A DNA stretch of 64,000 nucleotides, from positions 629,014 through 693,013 of the forward strand of contig CAVVCY010000003.1 in NCBI GenBank assembly GCA_963746905.1, in the 5' to 3' direction. A program made the position numbers and the translations under genes. This DNA comes from an uncultured Acidobacteriota bacterium (GTDB lineage Bacteria > Actinomycetota > Acidimicrobiia > Spongiisociales > ZC4RG35). Of this stretch, positions 8,652 to 17,982 are shown piece after piece. How positions within the stretch are numbered: position 1 is the stretch's first letter; every line of letters begins with the position of its first letter. The notes beneath the pieces were generated by a model. The model ran no database searches, was not told the DNA's origin, and saw nothing but the letters and a program-made list of their open reading frames with translations.

Positions 8652-9888
8652 ATGAATGGTGGAGTGGAGGCGGGCCTGACGACCTCGCGACCTCCGAGAT
8701 CGCAGCGCCGAGCAGGACGATGGGCGGCCACTGCGGTCCTGGTCGCCGGTGTTGCGATGCTGGTGTTCATCGTCGTCGCGACCGGATCAGAGGACCGGGA
8801 CGGGATTGCTGGCTACTTCTTGTTGGCCGCCGCGGCGGTGTTCACGCTGGTGGGGGCCTTGATCATTGCCCGCACCGATGGGAACCGAGTGGGCTGGGTT
8901 TCCTCAGCGATCGGGTTGGCTCTGCTCGGCGCCGGCGTCGTGGGCTACTTGGCCGACCAGGGCTACGTGGCGGCGGGGGCCATTGGTGGCGCTTTGTGGC
9001 TGGCATGGTTCGGTCTGGCCGGATTTCTCATGCTCTGGTTTCCGACCGGGCACCCCGTGTCACCACGATGGCGGTGGGTCGGTTGGCTCGGTTTCTTGGT
9101 GCTGCTGACAGCTCTGAGCTACGCATGTCACCGATCAGGTCTGCACCGAAGGTGGAGATCCCTGCGCCGGCTGGGTCGACAACCCGATCGGGGTCAACGG
9201 TGTGCCCAACCCGGAATTCGGACCCTTTTCAGGGCTCAACTTCTCGCTTCTGGGGGTGTTTGTGCTGCTCTCGACGGTGTCGCTCATTGTCAGGTTGGTG
9301 AGGGCACGAGGGGTGGAACGGCTTCAGATGAAATGGTTCCTCTTCGCAGTCGTGTGCTCCGTTCTGGTGGTCCCCTTCCAGGAGGCCGTCGTGGCATGGC
9401 TCTCCATCCCCGAGTGGGTGGGTGAGTTGGTGTTCGGTGCGACGATCCTCATGCTGCCGGTATCTATCGGGGTGGCGGTCCTGCGCTATCGCCTTTATGA
9501 CATCGATCGGATCGTGTCGCGAACCGTCTCCTACACCGTGGTGGTGCTGCTGCTCGCCGCGGTATACGTCGGTGCTGTCACCTGGTTGACGACTTTGCTC
9601 CCTGACCAGTCCGAACTGGTGGTGGCGGCGACGACGCTTGTGGTGGCGACCCTGTTCAACCCGATTCGAAGACGGGTCCAGGGCTGGGTCGACCGCCGCT
9701 TCAACCGCTCTCGCTACAACACCCAGCGGGTGATGGATGGGTTTGCGGGGTCGTTGCGCGACCAGGTCGACGCCGCTGAGGTCGTTGATGGCTGGGTTGG
9801 CGTGGTGACCGAGACCATGCAGCCGGCATCGGTGGCGGTTTGGACGAGAGAGCAATTTCGTAACGATTCCGAGACGGTCGCGAACTAG
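8652..9888 (+). pseudogene. Sensor-like polytopic membrane protein (paralog 2 of 4510..5628), frame interrupted once near 9126
   Basis: ORF 8652..9425 (frame 0) matches the paralog up to WFPTGHPVSPRWRWVGWLGFLVLLTAL. The frame of ORF 9202..9888 continues CTEGGDPCAGW..LQMKWFLFAV..RIVSRTVSYTVVV..LFNPIRRRVQGWVDRRFNRSRYNTQRV. Confidence 0.65.
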
Positions 9889-9899
9889 AAAGTGAGTAG

Positions 9900-11488
9900 A
9901 TGGTCCAGTTGTTGAAACGTCGCAAGTCCGAGGAAACCACCCCGGAAGCCCCGGAAACCTCGCTTTCGCCCGGAACCCGGGTCATCGACGCGGTGCCGAT
10001 TCCACCAGGCGACCCGTTGGAGACCGCCCTGCTTTCCACGGGTGCCCCCTCGAGTTGGACTCCGTGGACTTCGAGTCCGAGGCTCTGCAGGCGATGCGCG
10101 ATCGCGGCGTCGAGTTGATCGTGCCTCTCATCGGCCAGGGAGAGCTGCTCGGCGCCCTCTATCTCGGGCCTCGTCTCTCCGACCAGCCCTATTCGACCGA
10201 CGACCGTCATCTTCTGGGAAGTCTTGCCTCACAGGTGGCGCCCGCGATGAAAGTCGCCCAGCTGGTCAGGGAGCAGCAGGCCGAAGCCAAGGAGAGGGAG
10301 CGCATCCAACAGGAGCTCCAGGTTGCTGCCCTCATCCAGCAGACGCTTCTCCCCAAGGAGCTGCCCGCAATTCCTGGCTGGCACGTCGATGCCTTCTATC
10401 GCCCGGCCCGAGCCGTGGGTGGAGACTTCTATGACTTCATCACCCTCGATGACGGAAGACTCGGGGTGGTGATTGGCGACGTCACCGACAAAGGGGTTCC
10501 GGCGGCTCTGGTCATGGCGACGTGCCGGTCAATGCTCAGGGCGGCGGCGCAAAAGCATGACTCGCCCTCTTTGGTACTTGCCGAAGTGAATGAGGCTCTG
10601 GTCCCTGAGATTCCGCCTGCCATGTTCGTCACCTGTCTCTACGCGATCATCGACACCAACCAGGGCGAGATCGTTCTCGCCAATGCCGGGCACAATCTTC
10701 CCTATGTGAGGACCGCTGAAGGAGTTGTTGAGCTGCGGGCAACCGGGATGCCACTCGGGCTGATGCCCGGAATGCCATACGAGGAGCGCACTTACCGCCT
10801 GGAGCGGGGTGATGTGATGGTGCTCACCAGCGATGGCATAACCGAGGCGCACAACGTCGAAGGCGAAATGTATGGCTTTGGCCGTCTCATGGGGCGGGTA
10901 GCCATCAAGCCCTCCAACGATGACATGGTGGCGGCGCTGGTCGGCGACCTGGAGAACTTCACCGGTGCCGACGCTGAGCAGGAGGACGACATCACGCTGG
11001 TCGTGGTCCGGCGCACAGCCTCGGCCAAGGAGTCGGCAGAGGCCTTTCATGCTGCAGAGCCCGAGGTGCTGGCAAAGTTCAGCGTTCCCAGCGAAGAGGG
11101 CAACGAGCGAATCGCGATCGCAAAAGTGAGTGAGGCTGTCGGCGACATGGGCTTGGAGCAGGCCAGGCTCGAACGCCTCAAGACGGCCGTGGGCGAGACC
11201 GTGATGAACGCCATTGAGCACGGCAACGAGAACCGCGCCGAGATACCTGTCGAGATCGAGGTCCGGGCAACAGCGGCCAACATCTCTGTTCGGGTCAGCG
11301 ACCAGGGTGGCGAGAAGGTCATACCCGAGGCTGAAACCCCTGACATCGAGGCCAAATTGGCCGGGGAGCAGACACCCCGCGGATGGGGCCTGTTTCTCAT
11401 CGGGCAGATGGTTGACGAGATCAAGACAGAGAGCCACGACAAGACCCACACGGTTGAGCTTGTCATGAATAGAGAGGGAGTCTCCTGA
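9900..11488 (+). pseudogene. GAF-like N-terminus + PP2C (SpoIIE/RsbU-type) phosphatase + RsbW/SpoIIAB-type HATPase fusion; frame interrupted once at the C-run 10045-10049 (main ORF 10055..11488)
   Basis: PP2C motifs GGDFYDF..VVIGDVTDKGVPAAL..VLTSDGITEA..DDITLVVV. C-terminal kinase boxes VGETVMNAIEHGN, VSDQGG, PRGWGLFLIGQMVDE. ORF 9900..10118 (MVQLLKRRK..DPLETALLSTGAP) joins LELDSVDFESEAL in the next frame. Confidence 0.8.
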
Positions 11489-11829
11489 TGGACGAGGGAT
11501 TCGAGGCGCGAGTCTCCTGGGGCGACGACGGAGGAGTGGTCCACTTGACGGGGACTGTGAACCGGCTCGCCAAGGAGGGCCTGGAGGGTGCCTACGAAGA
11601 GGCGACCTCGAAGCCGGGTCGCGTTCTCATCGACTTCGGGGACGTCGACTACATCAACTCCACCGGTATCGCGGTCATTGTCGGGGTGCTGGCCAGAGCG
11701 CGGGCGGAAGGTCGCGAAGTGGGGGCATTCGGCCTCTCAGATCACTACCGCGAGGTGTTTCAGATCACCCGGCTCGCCGACTTCATGGCCATCTACGAAG
11801 ACGAAGACGCTGCCTCGGCAGCCAGATAA
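11488..11829 (+). CDS. STAS-domain anti-sigma-factor antagonist (RsbV/SpoIIAA-like) 1
   Basis: 113 aa with DFGDVDYINSTGIAVIVG (conserved phospho-Ser context) and YREVFQITRLADFMAIY. ATG overlaps the stop of the upstream phosphatase/kinase gene (TGATG). Confidence 0.85.
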   Translation: MDEGFEARVSWGDDGGVVHLTGTVNRLAKEGLEGAYEEATSKPGRVLIDFGDVDYINSTGIAVIVGVLARARAEGREVGAFGLSDHYREVFQITRLADFMAIYEDEDAASAAR

Positions 11830-11841
11830 CTGGAGAAAAAG

Positions 11842-12192
11842 GTGCCTACGTCAAACCTGACCATGACAGTCCGCGATGCCGCACCGGGGGTGCGTGTGAT
11901 CGACATCTCGGGCGAGATCACCAGCTTCGCCGAGCCCGAGATATCCACGGCCCATGATCAAGCCGCCAACGGCGGCGTCGAGGCCGTCGTGCTCAATTTC
12001 AATGACCTCGAGTACATGAATAGTGGAGGCATCGGGCTCCTGGTTACCACGCTGATCAGGGCACAACGCTCAGGGCATCGCCTTCTCGCCTACGGCCTGA
12101 CCGACCACTATCGCCAGATCTTCTCCCTAACCAGACTCGACGAGGCAATCGAGATCTTCGACGACGAAGGTGCGGCGCTGGCTGCCGTCTGA
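11842..12192 (+). CDS. STAS-domain anti-sigma-factor antagonist (RsbV/SpoIIAA-like) 2
   Basis: 116 aa with NFNDLEYMNSGGIGLLVTTL and YRQIFSLTRLDEAIEIF. Tandem paralog of the preceding gene. Confidence 0.85.
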   Translation: MPTSNLTMTVRDAAPGVRVIDISGEITSFAEPEISTAHDQAANGGVEAVVLNFNDLEYMNSGGIGLLVTTLIRAQRSGHRLLAYGLTDHYRQIFSLTRLDEAIEIFDDEGAALAAV

Positions 12193-12205
12193 TCGTCTCG
12201 GGCTC

Positions 12206-13600
12206 TCAGCCCTTGAGCGCTGCCCGGGCGGCGTAGTAGCCGCACATCCCATGCACACCGGCTCCTGGCGGGGTTGCCGACGAGCACAGGTAGAGGCCAT
12301 CGCCAAGGTGGTACGGCCGGGTGGCGCCCAGCTGGAACACCTTTCTCATCCCGAAGCCTCCACCTGCGATGTCGCCGCCGATGTAGTTCGGGTTGTGCGC
12401 TTCGAACGCGGAGGCGTTCATCGTGTGGCGGCCGAGGATCAAGTCTCGAAAGCCGGGCGCGAAGCGCTCGATCTGGCGTTCGATGGCTTCGGTCATGTCG
12501 AGGTCTGAGCCGCCAGGCACATGGCAATAGCCCCATGCCACCTGCTTCCCGGACGGAGCCCGCGTTTCGTCGAAGAGCGACTGCTGAGCAACCAACACGA
12601 AGGGGTGGTCGGGGTGGCGCCCCGAGTGCACCGCGTCCTCCGCCTCAGCCACCTCCTCCCAGGTTCCCCCGACATGGACCGTGCCGGCATCGGGGCTCAA
12701 TTCGTCGAGCCAGGGGATGGCCCCGTCCAGCGCCCAGTCCACCTTGAAAACCGCTGGGCCCGACTGCTGCCCCATAAGTCGTCGACGATGAATGGGGCTG
12801 ATCCGATCGCCACCGATGTGAACTGCGGCGCGGGGCATGACGTCGAGGATCACGGTTGGGACCTGCGGGAGCTCGTCCAGAGAGGTGACCATCCTCCCCG
12901 TCTCAATGGCTCCCCCGCCGTCGACGACCACCCGCGCCAGTGCCTCCGACACGCGTTGGGATCCTCCCTTCACCAACGGCCATCCGTAGGCGTGCCCGGT
13001 GGTGGCAAAGAGAAGGGCTACCCCTCCGGTCAATGGGGAGGTGAAAGGCGCGATGGCGTGAGCGGCGAGCCCGGCGAGAACCCCTCTGGCTTCCATCGAG
13101 GAGAATCCACCGGCAATGGTCGAAGCCGGCAGGGCTCCCCTGCTCGCGAGCCTGATGAAGCTCGAGGGGTTGTGGGGGATCATCGTCATCGGCCCCAGGA
13201 AGTCCTCGATGACGGCGTCTGCCGACTCGACGAGGGGACTCATGATCCTCGAATACCGGTCGGCGTCGGCTCCGAAGCGAGCGGCCGTCTCGCTGACATC
13301 GCGAAGCAGGGCGCCCGAACGTCCGTCACCGAGGGGATGCGCCATCGGGATTGGGGGCTGAATCCACTCGACGTCGAGGCCGAGGTCCCGAAAGAACGGC
13401 GACGCCAGACCTAGAGGGTGGATTGCAGAGCAGATGTCGTGGAGAAAGCCGGGCAGTGTGAGCTCTTCGGTCCTTGTGCCACCGCCGATCACGTCTGCTT
13501 GCTCGATCACCTGGACCCGCCTGCCGGCCCGCGTCAGCTCGGCGGCTGCGGCAAGGCCGTTGGGGCCGGCGCCGACGACCACCGCGTCGAAGTTCGTCAT
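12206..13600 (-). CDS. FAD/NAD(P)-dependent oxidoreductase, phytoene-desaturase (CrtI-like) family
   Basis: ORF 12206..13690 trimmed to ATG 13600 (MTNFDAVVVGAGPNGLAAAAELTRAGRRVQVIEQADVIGGG), which is a Rossmann GxGxxG motif. About 465 aa, typical of the family. Confidence 0.8.
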   Translation of the reverse strand: MTNFDAVVVGAGPNGLAAAAELTRAGRRVQVIEQADVIGGGTRTEELTLPGFLHDICSAIHPLGLASPFFRDLGLDVEWIQPPIPMAHPLGDGRSGALLRDVSETAARFGADADRYSRIMSPLVESADAVIEDFLGPMTMIPHNPSSFIRLASRGALPASTIAGGFSSMEARGVLAGLAAHAIAPFTSPLTGGVALLFATTGHAYGWPLVKGGSQRVSEALARVVVDGGGAIETGRMVTSLDELPQVPTVILDVMPRAAVHIGGDRISPIHRRRLMGQQSGPAVFKVDWALDGAIPWLDELSPDAGTVHVGGTWEEVAEAEDAVHSGRHPDHPFVLVAQQSLFDETRAPSGKQVAWGYCHVPGGSDLDMTEAIERQIERFAPGFRDLILGRHTMNASAFEAHNPNYIGGDIAGGGFGMRKVFQLGATRPYHLGDGLYLCSSATPPGAGVHGMCGYYAARAALKG

Positions 13601-13689
13601 CTCAGGTGATTGTGCATCAATTGCGTTACGAGACGGTGACCGCTCGCAGCCTTCTACCAATCGTGTTTCGTAACGCTCACGGAACGCCA

Positions 13690-14415
13690 ATGTGGTCAGA
13701 TGCAGGAATCAAAGAAAGGACCGAGTTGACAGAGCCGAGAGATGCCGAGAACTGGGCCGAACCGGTGGATGCCTTTCATGTCGGAGAGGTAGCCGACGGT
13801 GCCCATAAAGGGAATGTCGAGGGTCGCAAGCCCACCGGCCCGCTGCAGGGCTTCGGGCAGCTCTGGCAGAAGTCATATGAGGTCTCGATTCCTGGACCTA
13901 CTCCAGAAGTGATCATCGCCACCTGGAAGGAGAACTTCGGCGAGTTCTGGCCTGACTCCAACAAGTTCTATGCCCCGGCCGGGGGAATCGCCCCTGGCGA
14001 GGTGGCTGTGATCGGTGGCGGCAAGGGCCCGGCCAAGGTCACGACCGGGGTCCGGGTGATCTACGCCGACGAACGCTCATGGTCGTATATGACTCCCGAA
14101 GGCCATCCTTGGGCGGCAATCATCACGTTCAGCTCCCACGAGGGTGAAGACGACGCCTCGGTGGCCAAGATCCACCTTTTGGTGCGGGCCAATGACCCGT
14201 TGTACGAGGCCAGCTTCAAGCTCTATACCTCCCGGCTCGAGGACAAGATCTGGATCCACACCCTGACCCAACTCGCCAATCATTTTGGCGTCACCGATCC
14301 CGATGTGGTCTCGACGGCAGCCTTGATCGACAAGAGACGGCAGTGGAACCAGATGGGGAACATCTGGAAGAACTCGGCAGTGCGAACCTTGCTCCGTCAG
14401 GACCGCAAGGGTTAG
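13690..14415 (+). CDS. Conserved hypothetical protein (possibly DUF1990-like; weak)
   Basis: ORF 13474..14415 trimmed to ATG 13690 (MWSDAGIKERTEL..), because the upstream part overlaps the divergent gene. TPEGHPWAAIITF resembles the GHP motif of DUF1990, from memory only. Confidence 0.5.
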   Translation: MWSDAGIKERTELTEPRDAENWAEPVDAFHVGEVADGAHKGNVEGRKPTGPLQGFGQLWQKSYEVSIPGPTPEVIIATWKENFGEFWPDSNKFYAPAGGIAPGEVAVIGGGKGPAKVTTGVRVIYADERSWSYMTPEGHPWAAIITFSSHEGEDDASVAKIHLLVRANDPLYEASFKLYTSRLEDKIWIHTLTQLANHFGVTDPDVVSTAALIDKRRQWNQMGNIWKNSAVRTLLRQDRKG

Positions 14416-14423
14416 GGACGACA

Positions 14424-14455
14424 CTAAGAGGGCCCCCGTTGGGGGGCCCTCTTAG
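14424..14455. terminator. Bidirectional terminator hairpin between convergent genes
   Basis: CTAAGAGGGCCC-CCGTTGGG-GGGCCCTCTTAG, a perfect GC-rich stem located between stops at 14415 (+) and 14472 (-). Confidence 0.6.
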
Positions 14456-14471
14456 CTGCGGCTGTCGATCC

Positions 14472-15008
14472 CTAGAGGATGACTGCCCGCTTGCGGATAT
14501 AGAGGAACACGAACCCGATGACGGCGAGTGTCAGGCCTGTGGCAATTGCCAGGGCGGACAATGCGTAGGACATCATTCCGAGTCCCAGAGCTGTGGTCAG
14601 GGTGGTGGCGGTTATCCAGGAAGCCCGTGCCTCGTTGGGAACCATCACTGCTTCATCGTTGGTGTCGAGGACGACTGCGCCGCTCTCGTCCAACTGGGGC
14701 ACAGTGCGGTCCATCTGCGCGTAATACAACCCTCCGGTCGACTCGAGCTGATGGTGGGTGATGATGTCGGCCTGGGCCCACATCGTGAACGGCCCTCGAA
14801 CCGGGGTCTCCGGGATCGCTGCGTCGTCCGGAGTCACTACATCCTGGACAACAGCGTGGTCGTAGGTGTACCAGGCACCGAAGATGCCTCCGGCCATCGA
14901 GCCGAACCCAACCACCATCGCCAGGATCCCGGCAGAGAGAAGAACGAACGTTTTGCGTGGAGCGGTGACCTTTGTGGTGGTCACTGTGTCCCTGTCGATT
15001 GCAGTCAT
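14472..15008 (-). CDS. Hypothetical membrane protein (N- and C-terminal TM helices with a large exposed domain)
   Basis: ORF 14472..15074 trimmed to ATG 15008, which is preceded by AAAGGAGG. TM helices are FVLLSAGILAMVVGFGSMAGGIF and ALSALAIATGLTLAVIGFVFLYI. Confidence 0.55.
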   Translation of the reverse strand: MTAIDRDTVTTTKVTAPRKTFVLLSAGILAMVVGFGSMAGGIFGAWYTYDHAVVQDVVTPDDAAIPETPVRGPFTMWAQADIITHHQLESTGGLYYAQMDRTVPQLDESGAVVLDTNDEAVMVPNEARASWITATTLTTALGLGMMSYALSALAIATGLTLAVIGFVFLYIRKRAVIL

Positions 15009-15129
15009 TGCTGCCTCCTTTAATGAGAACGAACTGCCTATATGGGCATGTTCGGTCTCAGGTAGGTCGGTCACGAGAGGACTGGTCCTCTAATCGGTGG
15101 GCCATTTGGCCCGACGCCAGGAGACTGCC

Positions 15130-15903
15130 TTAGACGCAAACACCGCTCTCGTCGACACCCCGACCGCAGAACGGAGTCGCCTCGACGGCGTTTAGGGCAA
15201 ATCCGTCGACGACTGGCTCGCCGAACACGTGAACCCGTGTTCCCCTCACCGAGTCATCTCCAAATCCAACGATGTCAAAGGTCACCTCGCCCAGATCTCC
15301 ACTCGTTGGTGGGGCGGACATGACAAAGCTGGCGTCCGGCTCCTCAGACACGATGCTCTGGACGACCAGCAAGCCGAGCTCGAGCATCGAGGATGCGACA
15401 GGCGTCTCTCCAAGGCCGCTGACGATGTTGGCGGTGACGTCGGTGGTGGCACCGAGGTATGCGACGAAGCGGAGATTGACCCAGCCGGTTAGCCCCGAAT
15501 AGTCGACTTCGATCCAAATCGACGCCACCAGTTGGCGGGTATTCCCGGCCGCGATCAGGTCGGAGAACAGTGGCGGGATGCCGGCGACGATGTCCTGGTC
15601 GGCACCGGGTGCAGCCCTCAGGTTGAGCACGTCGTCGTGGGCGACTCCGATCACCCCGAGGATGTCACCCTCAGCCGGGCCGAAATCTATGGAGTCGCCT
15701 GGAAGGCCCGACGACGAAGTCGTTGTCGACACGGGCTCCGTAGTGGTCGATACAGGGAGGCTGCTCGTGGTCGTCGGTTCGGCGATCGCTGTCGTGGTGG
15801 AAGTTGTGGACGGCGGGGTGGACACGGCACCTTCACCCGATCCGCATCCGACCAGCAAGAGGCACACGATGGCCATCTGTGCCCATGTCACCCGCAGTCG
15901 CAA
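15130..15903 (-). CDS. Putative lipoprotein with Thr/Ser-rich linker
   Basis: ORF 15130..16092; a plausible signal peptide starts at TTG 15903 or ATG 15876. Lipobox reads (M)RLRVTWAQMAIVCLLLVGCGS, followed by STPPSTTSTTTAIAEPTTTSS. Confidence 0.55.
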   Translation of the reverse strand: MRLRVTWAQMAIVCLLLVGCGSGEGAVSTPPSTTSTTTAIAEPTTTSSLPVSTTTEPVSTTTSSSGLPGDSIDFGPAEGDILGVIGVAHDDVLNLRAAPGADQDIVAGIPPLFSDLIAAGNTRQLVASIWIEVDYSGLTGWVNLRFVAYLGATTDVTANIVSGLGETPVASSMLELGLLVVQSIVSEEPDASFVMSAPPTSGDLGEVTFDIVGFGDDSVRGTRVHVFGEPVVDGFALNAVEATPFCGRGVDESGVCV

Positions 15904-15961
15904 CCACAACTCCTCGTCGTCGTCGGACGCAACGTAACGCGCTGGGCGACGTTCCCGGGCT

Positions 15962-16768
15962 TCAGGTGCCGGTGAATTCAGGCGGTCGTTTCGCGACAAA
16001 TGCGGCGAGGGCCTCCATGAGGTCGTTTGACACGAGGTGCTCTGCGTTCCAGCGGGCCACGTACTCGAGCCCTTCGGAGGTCGGCCTCCCATCGTTGGCT
16101 CTGAGAACCCCTCTTATGCCTTGGACCACCAGCGGCGAATTGGCGGCAATCGCGTTGGCCAGGTCTCGCGCCGCCTCGTAGGTCGAGTTGGCGTCGGGGT
16201 ACACCCGATTCAGGAGCCCGATCTCGAGCGCCCGGGCCGCATCGATGTCAGCGCCAGTGAGGGCCAACTCGCTGGTGTGACCGGTCCCGACGATCCCGGG
16301 GAGTCTTTGCAGGGTCCCGATGTCGGCAACGACGGCCAACCGGGTCTCTCGAATCGAGAACACAGAATCGGCCGACCCATAGCGGATGTCGCAGGCCGTG
16401 ATCAGGCCCATGCCACCCCCCAGACAGTGCCCATGAACGGCGGCGATCACAGGCTTGGCGGCCTCGGCGAGGCAGCTGATCGTCACCTGGAGGGTCTTGA
16501 TCTTGGTGTAGAGGACATCCTGAGCCTGCGACCCAGAAGGCTCCGAGGGCAAGAGGGAGGCCAGCATCTCGATGTCGATCCCAACAGTGAACGATCGACC
16601 ACGACCCGCCAGGATCATCACCCGTACCGACTCGTCGGCATCGAGTTCCGCCACTGCCCGGGGAAGGTCGTTCCAGATGTCTTCGGACATGGCGTTCAGC
16701 TTCTCCGGCCGATTCAGCCAGATCGTCCCCACACGGCCGGTCCGCTCGATCTCGAGGTGCTGGTACAT
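15962..16768 (-). CDS. Enoyl-CoA hydratase/isomerase (crotonase) family protein
   Basis: ORF trimmed to ATG 16768 (MYQHLEIERTGRVGTIWLNRPEKLNAM..ILAGRGRSFTVGID..AAVHGHCLGGG). Start abuts the stop of the upstream permease gene. Confidence 0.85.
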   Translation of the reverse strand: MYQHLEIERTGRVGTIWLNRPEKLNAMSEDIWNDLPRAVAELDADESVRVMILAGRGRSFTVGIDIEMLASLLPSEPSGSQAQDVLYTKIKTLQVTISCLAEAAKPVIAAVHGHCLGGGMGLITACDIRYGSADSVFSIRETRLAVVADIGTLQRLPGIVGTGHTSELALTGADIDAARALEIGLLNRVYPDANSTYEAARDLANAIAANSPLVVQGIRGVLRANDGRPTSEGLEYVARWNAEHLVSNDLMEALAAFVAKRPPEFTGT

Positions 16769-16770
16769 GC

Positions 16771-17982
16771 TCACTCCGCTGCGGAGCGCCACGCTTCCCG
16801 AAGCTTCACCCGGCTTCCGTATCGGAGCAGTCCACCGGCATAGATCCTGCCTGCAACGAAGACGAGGCCGATGATCGCGCCCACTGTGAGGAGGATGGAC
16901 ACCGCGTACTGCCATACGGGAATGGCGTCGAGGGCGGCCCGCACCGGGACTACGAACGGCGCGGTGAGGGGGATGAAGGTCCCGATGGTTGCGGCCACCC
17001 CGTCAGGATCGGAGAGAGTGGTGATTGCGACAAGGAACCCGACCACCGCGATCATCGACATGGGAAAGGCGACGTTCTGAGCGTCCTCCATACGGCTAAC
17101 CAGGGAGCCGGCTGCCCCATAGAGCACGGCGTAAAGCAGGAAGCCGAGGACGAACCAGAGCACAAGCTGGGCGATCTGGGTCGCCTCCACGGGTGGGATG
17201 TCATAGGCACCGGTGATTCGGAGCGTTAGGACGGCCACGATGATTGTTCCAGCGAACTGGGTTAGCCCCAGTAAACCGACTCCGGCAATCTTCCCCGCGA
17301 GAAGTTGCCACGGCTTGACCGTTGACAACAGGACTTCCACCACCCGGTTCGACTTTTCCTCGGTGACTGCCGAAAGGATCCATTGGCCGTAGATGAGGAT
17401 CGCCAGATAGAGCAGTAGCAGAGAGAAGTAGGCGATGGCGCCCTTGGAGCCGTCGTTGGTGTCCTGTCCGCTCAGGGTCGAGGTCTGAAGCGGCTCCGAG
17501 GCCATGATTGCGATGACGTCAGCAGCGACATCGCCTTCGCTCTCCACCAGTTCCTCCACCCTGACCGAGGCCGCCCCCTGCTGCAGGATGCTCAGGATCG
17601 ACGATTCCCCGAACCCGCCCAGCGTTTCGACGACTGCTTCCGAACCGTCGATGAGCACCGCGTCGACTTCGCCCGCTTCCAGAGCCGCCTCCGCCTCCTC
17701 GCGGGTGGCGAATTTGGTCTCGGTGATGCTGACCGAAGGCTCGTCGTTGGGCTCGTCGTTGGCGTTTGCCAGCAGCTCACCCGCCTCGATGATCTGGGTG
17801 TTCCCTTCGCCTACGGAGCCGACTTCGTACTCGTCGGTGCCCCCGCCAAAGAAGCTGGGCACCACTATCAGCGCCACCACCACCAGGAGGGTGATCACGG
17901 TGGTCAGTAAATAGGCCTTGGAGCGGCCCCGCTCGGTGAGCTCGCGACGGGCTACCTGCCAGGCGACTCCGAGATCGCTCAT
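16771..17982 (-). CDS. ABC-2 type exporter permease (NatB-like)
   Basis: 403 aa with one N-terminal TM helix, a large acidic loop and about 5 C-terminal TM helices. Its ATG overlaps the stop of the upstream ATPase by 4 nt. Confidence 0.75.
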   Translation of the reverse strand: MSDLGVAWQVARRELTERGRSKAYLLTTVITLLVVVALIVVPSFFGGGTDEYEVGSVGEGNTQIIEAGELLANANDEPNDEPSVSITETKFATREEAEAALEAGEVDAVLIDGSEAVVETLGGFGESSILSILQQGAASVRVEELVESEGDVAADVIAIMASEPLQTSTLSGQDTNDGSKGAIAYFSLLLLYLAILIYGQWILSAVTEEKSNRVVEVLLSTVKPWQLLAGKIAGVGLLGLTQFAGTIIVAVLTLRITGAYDIPPVEATQIAQLVLWFVLGFLLYAVLYGAAGSLVSRMEDAQNVAFPMSMIAVVGFLVAITTLSDPDGVAATIGTFIPLTAPFVVPVRAALDAIPVWQYAVSILLTVGAIIGLVFVAGRIYAGGLLRYGSRVKLREAWRSAAE

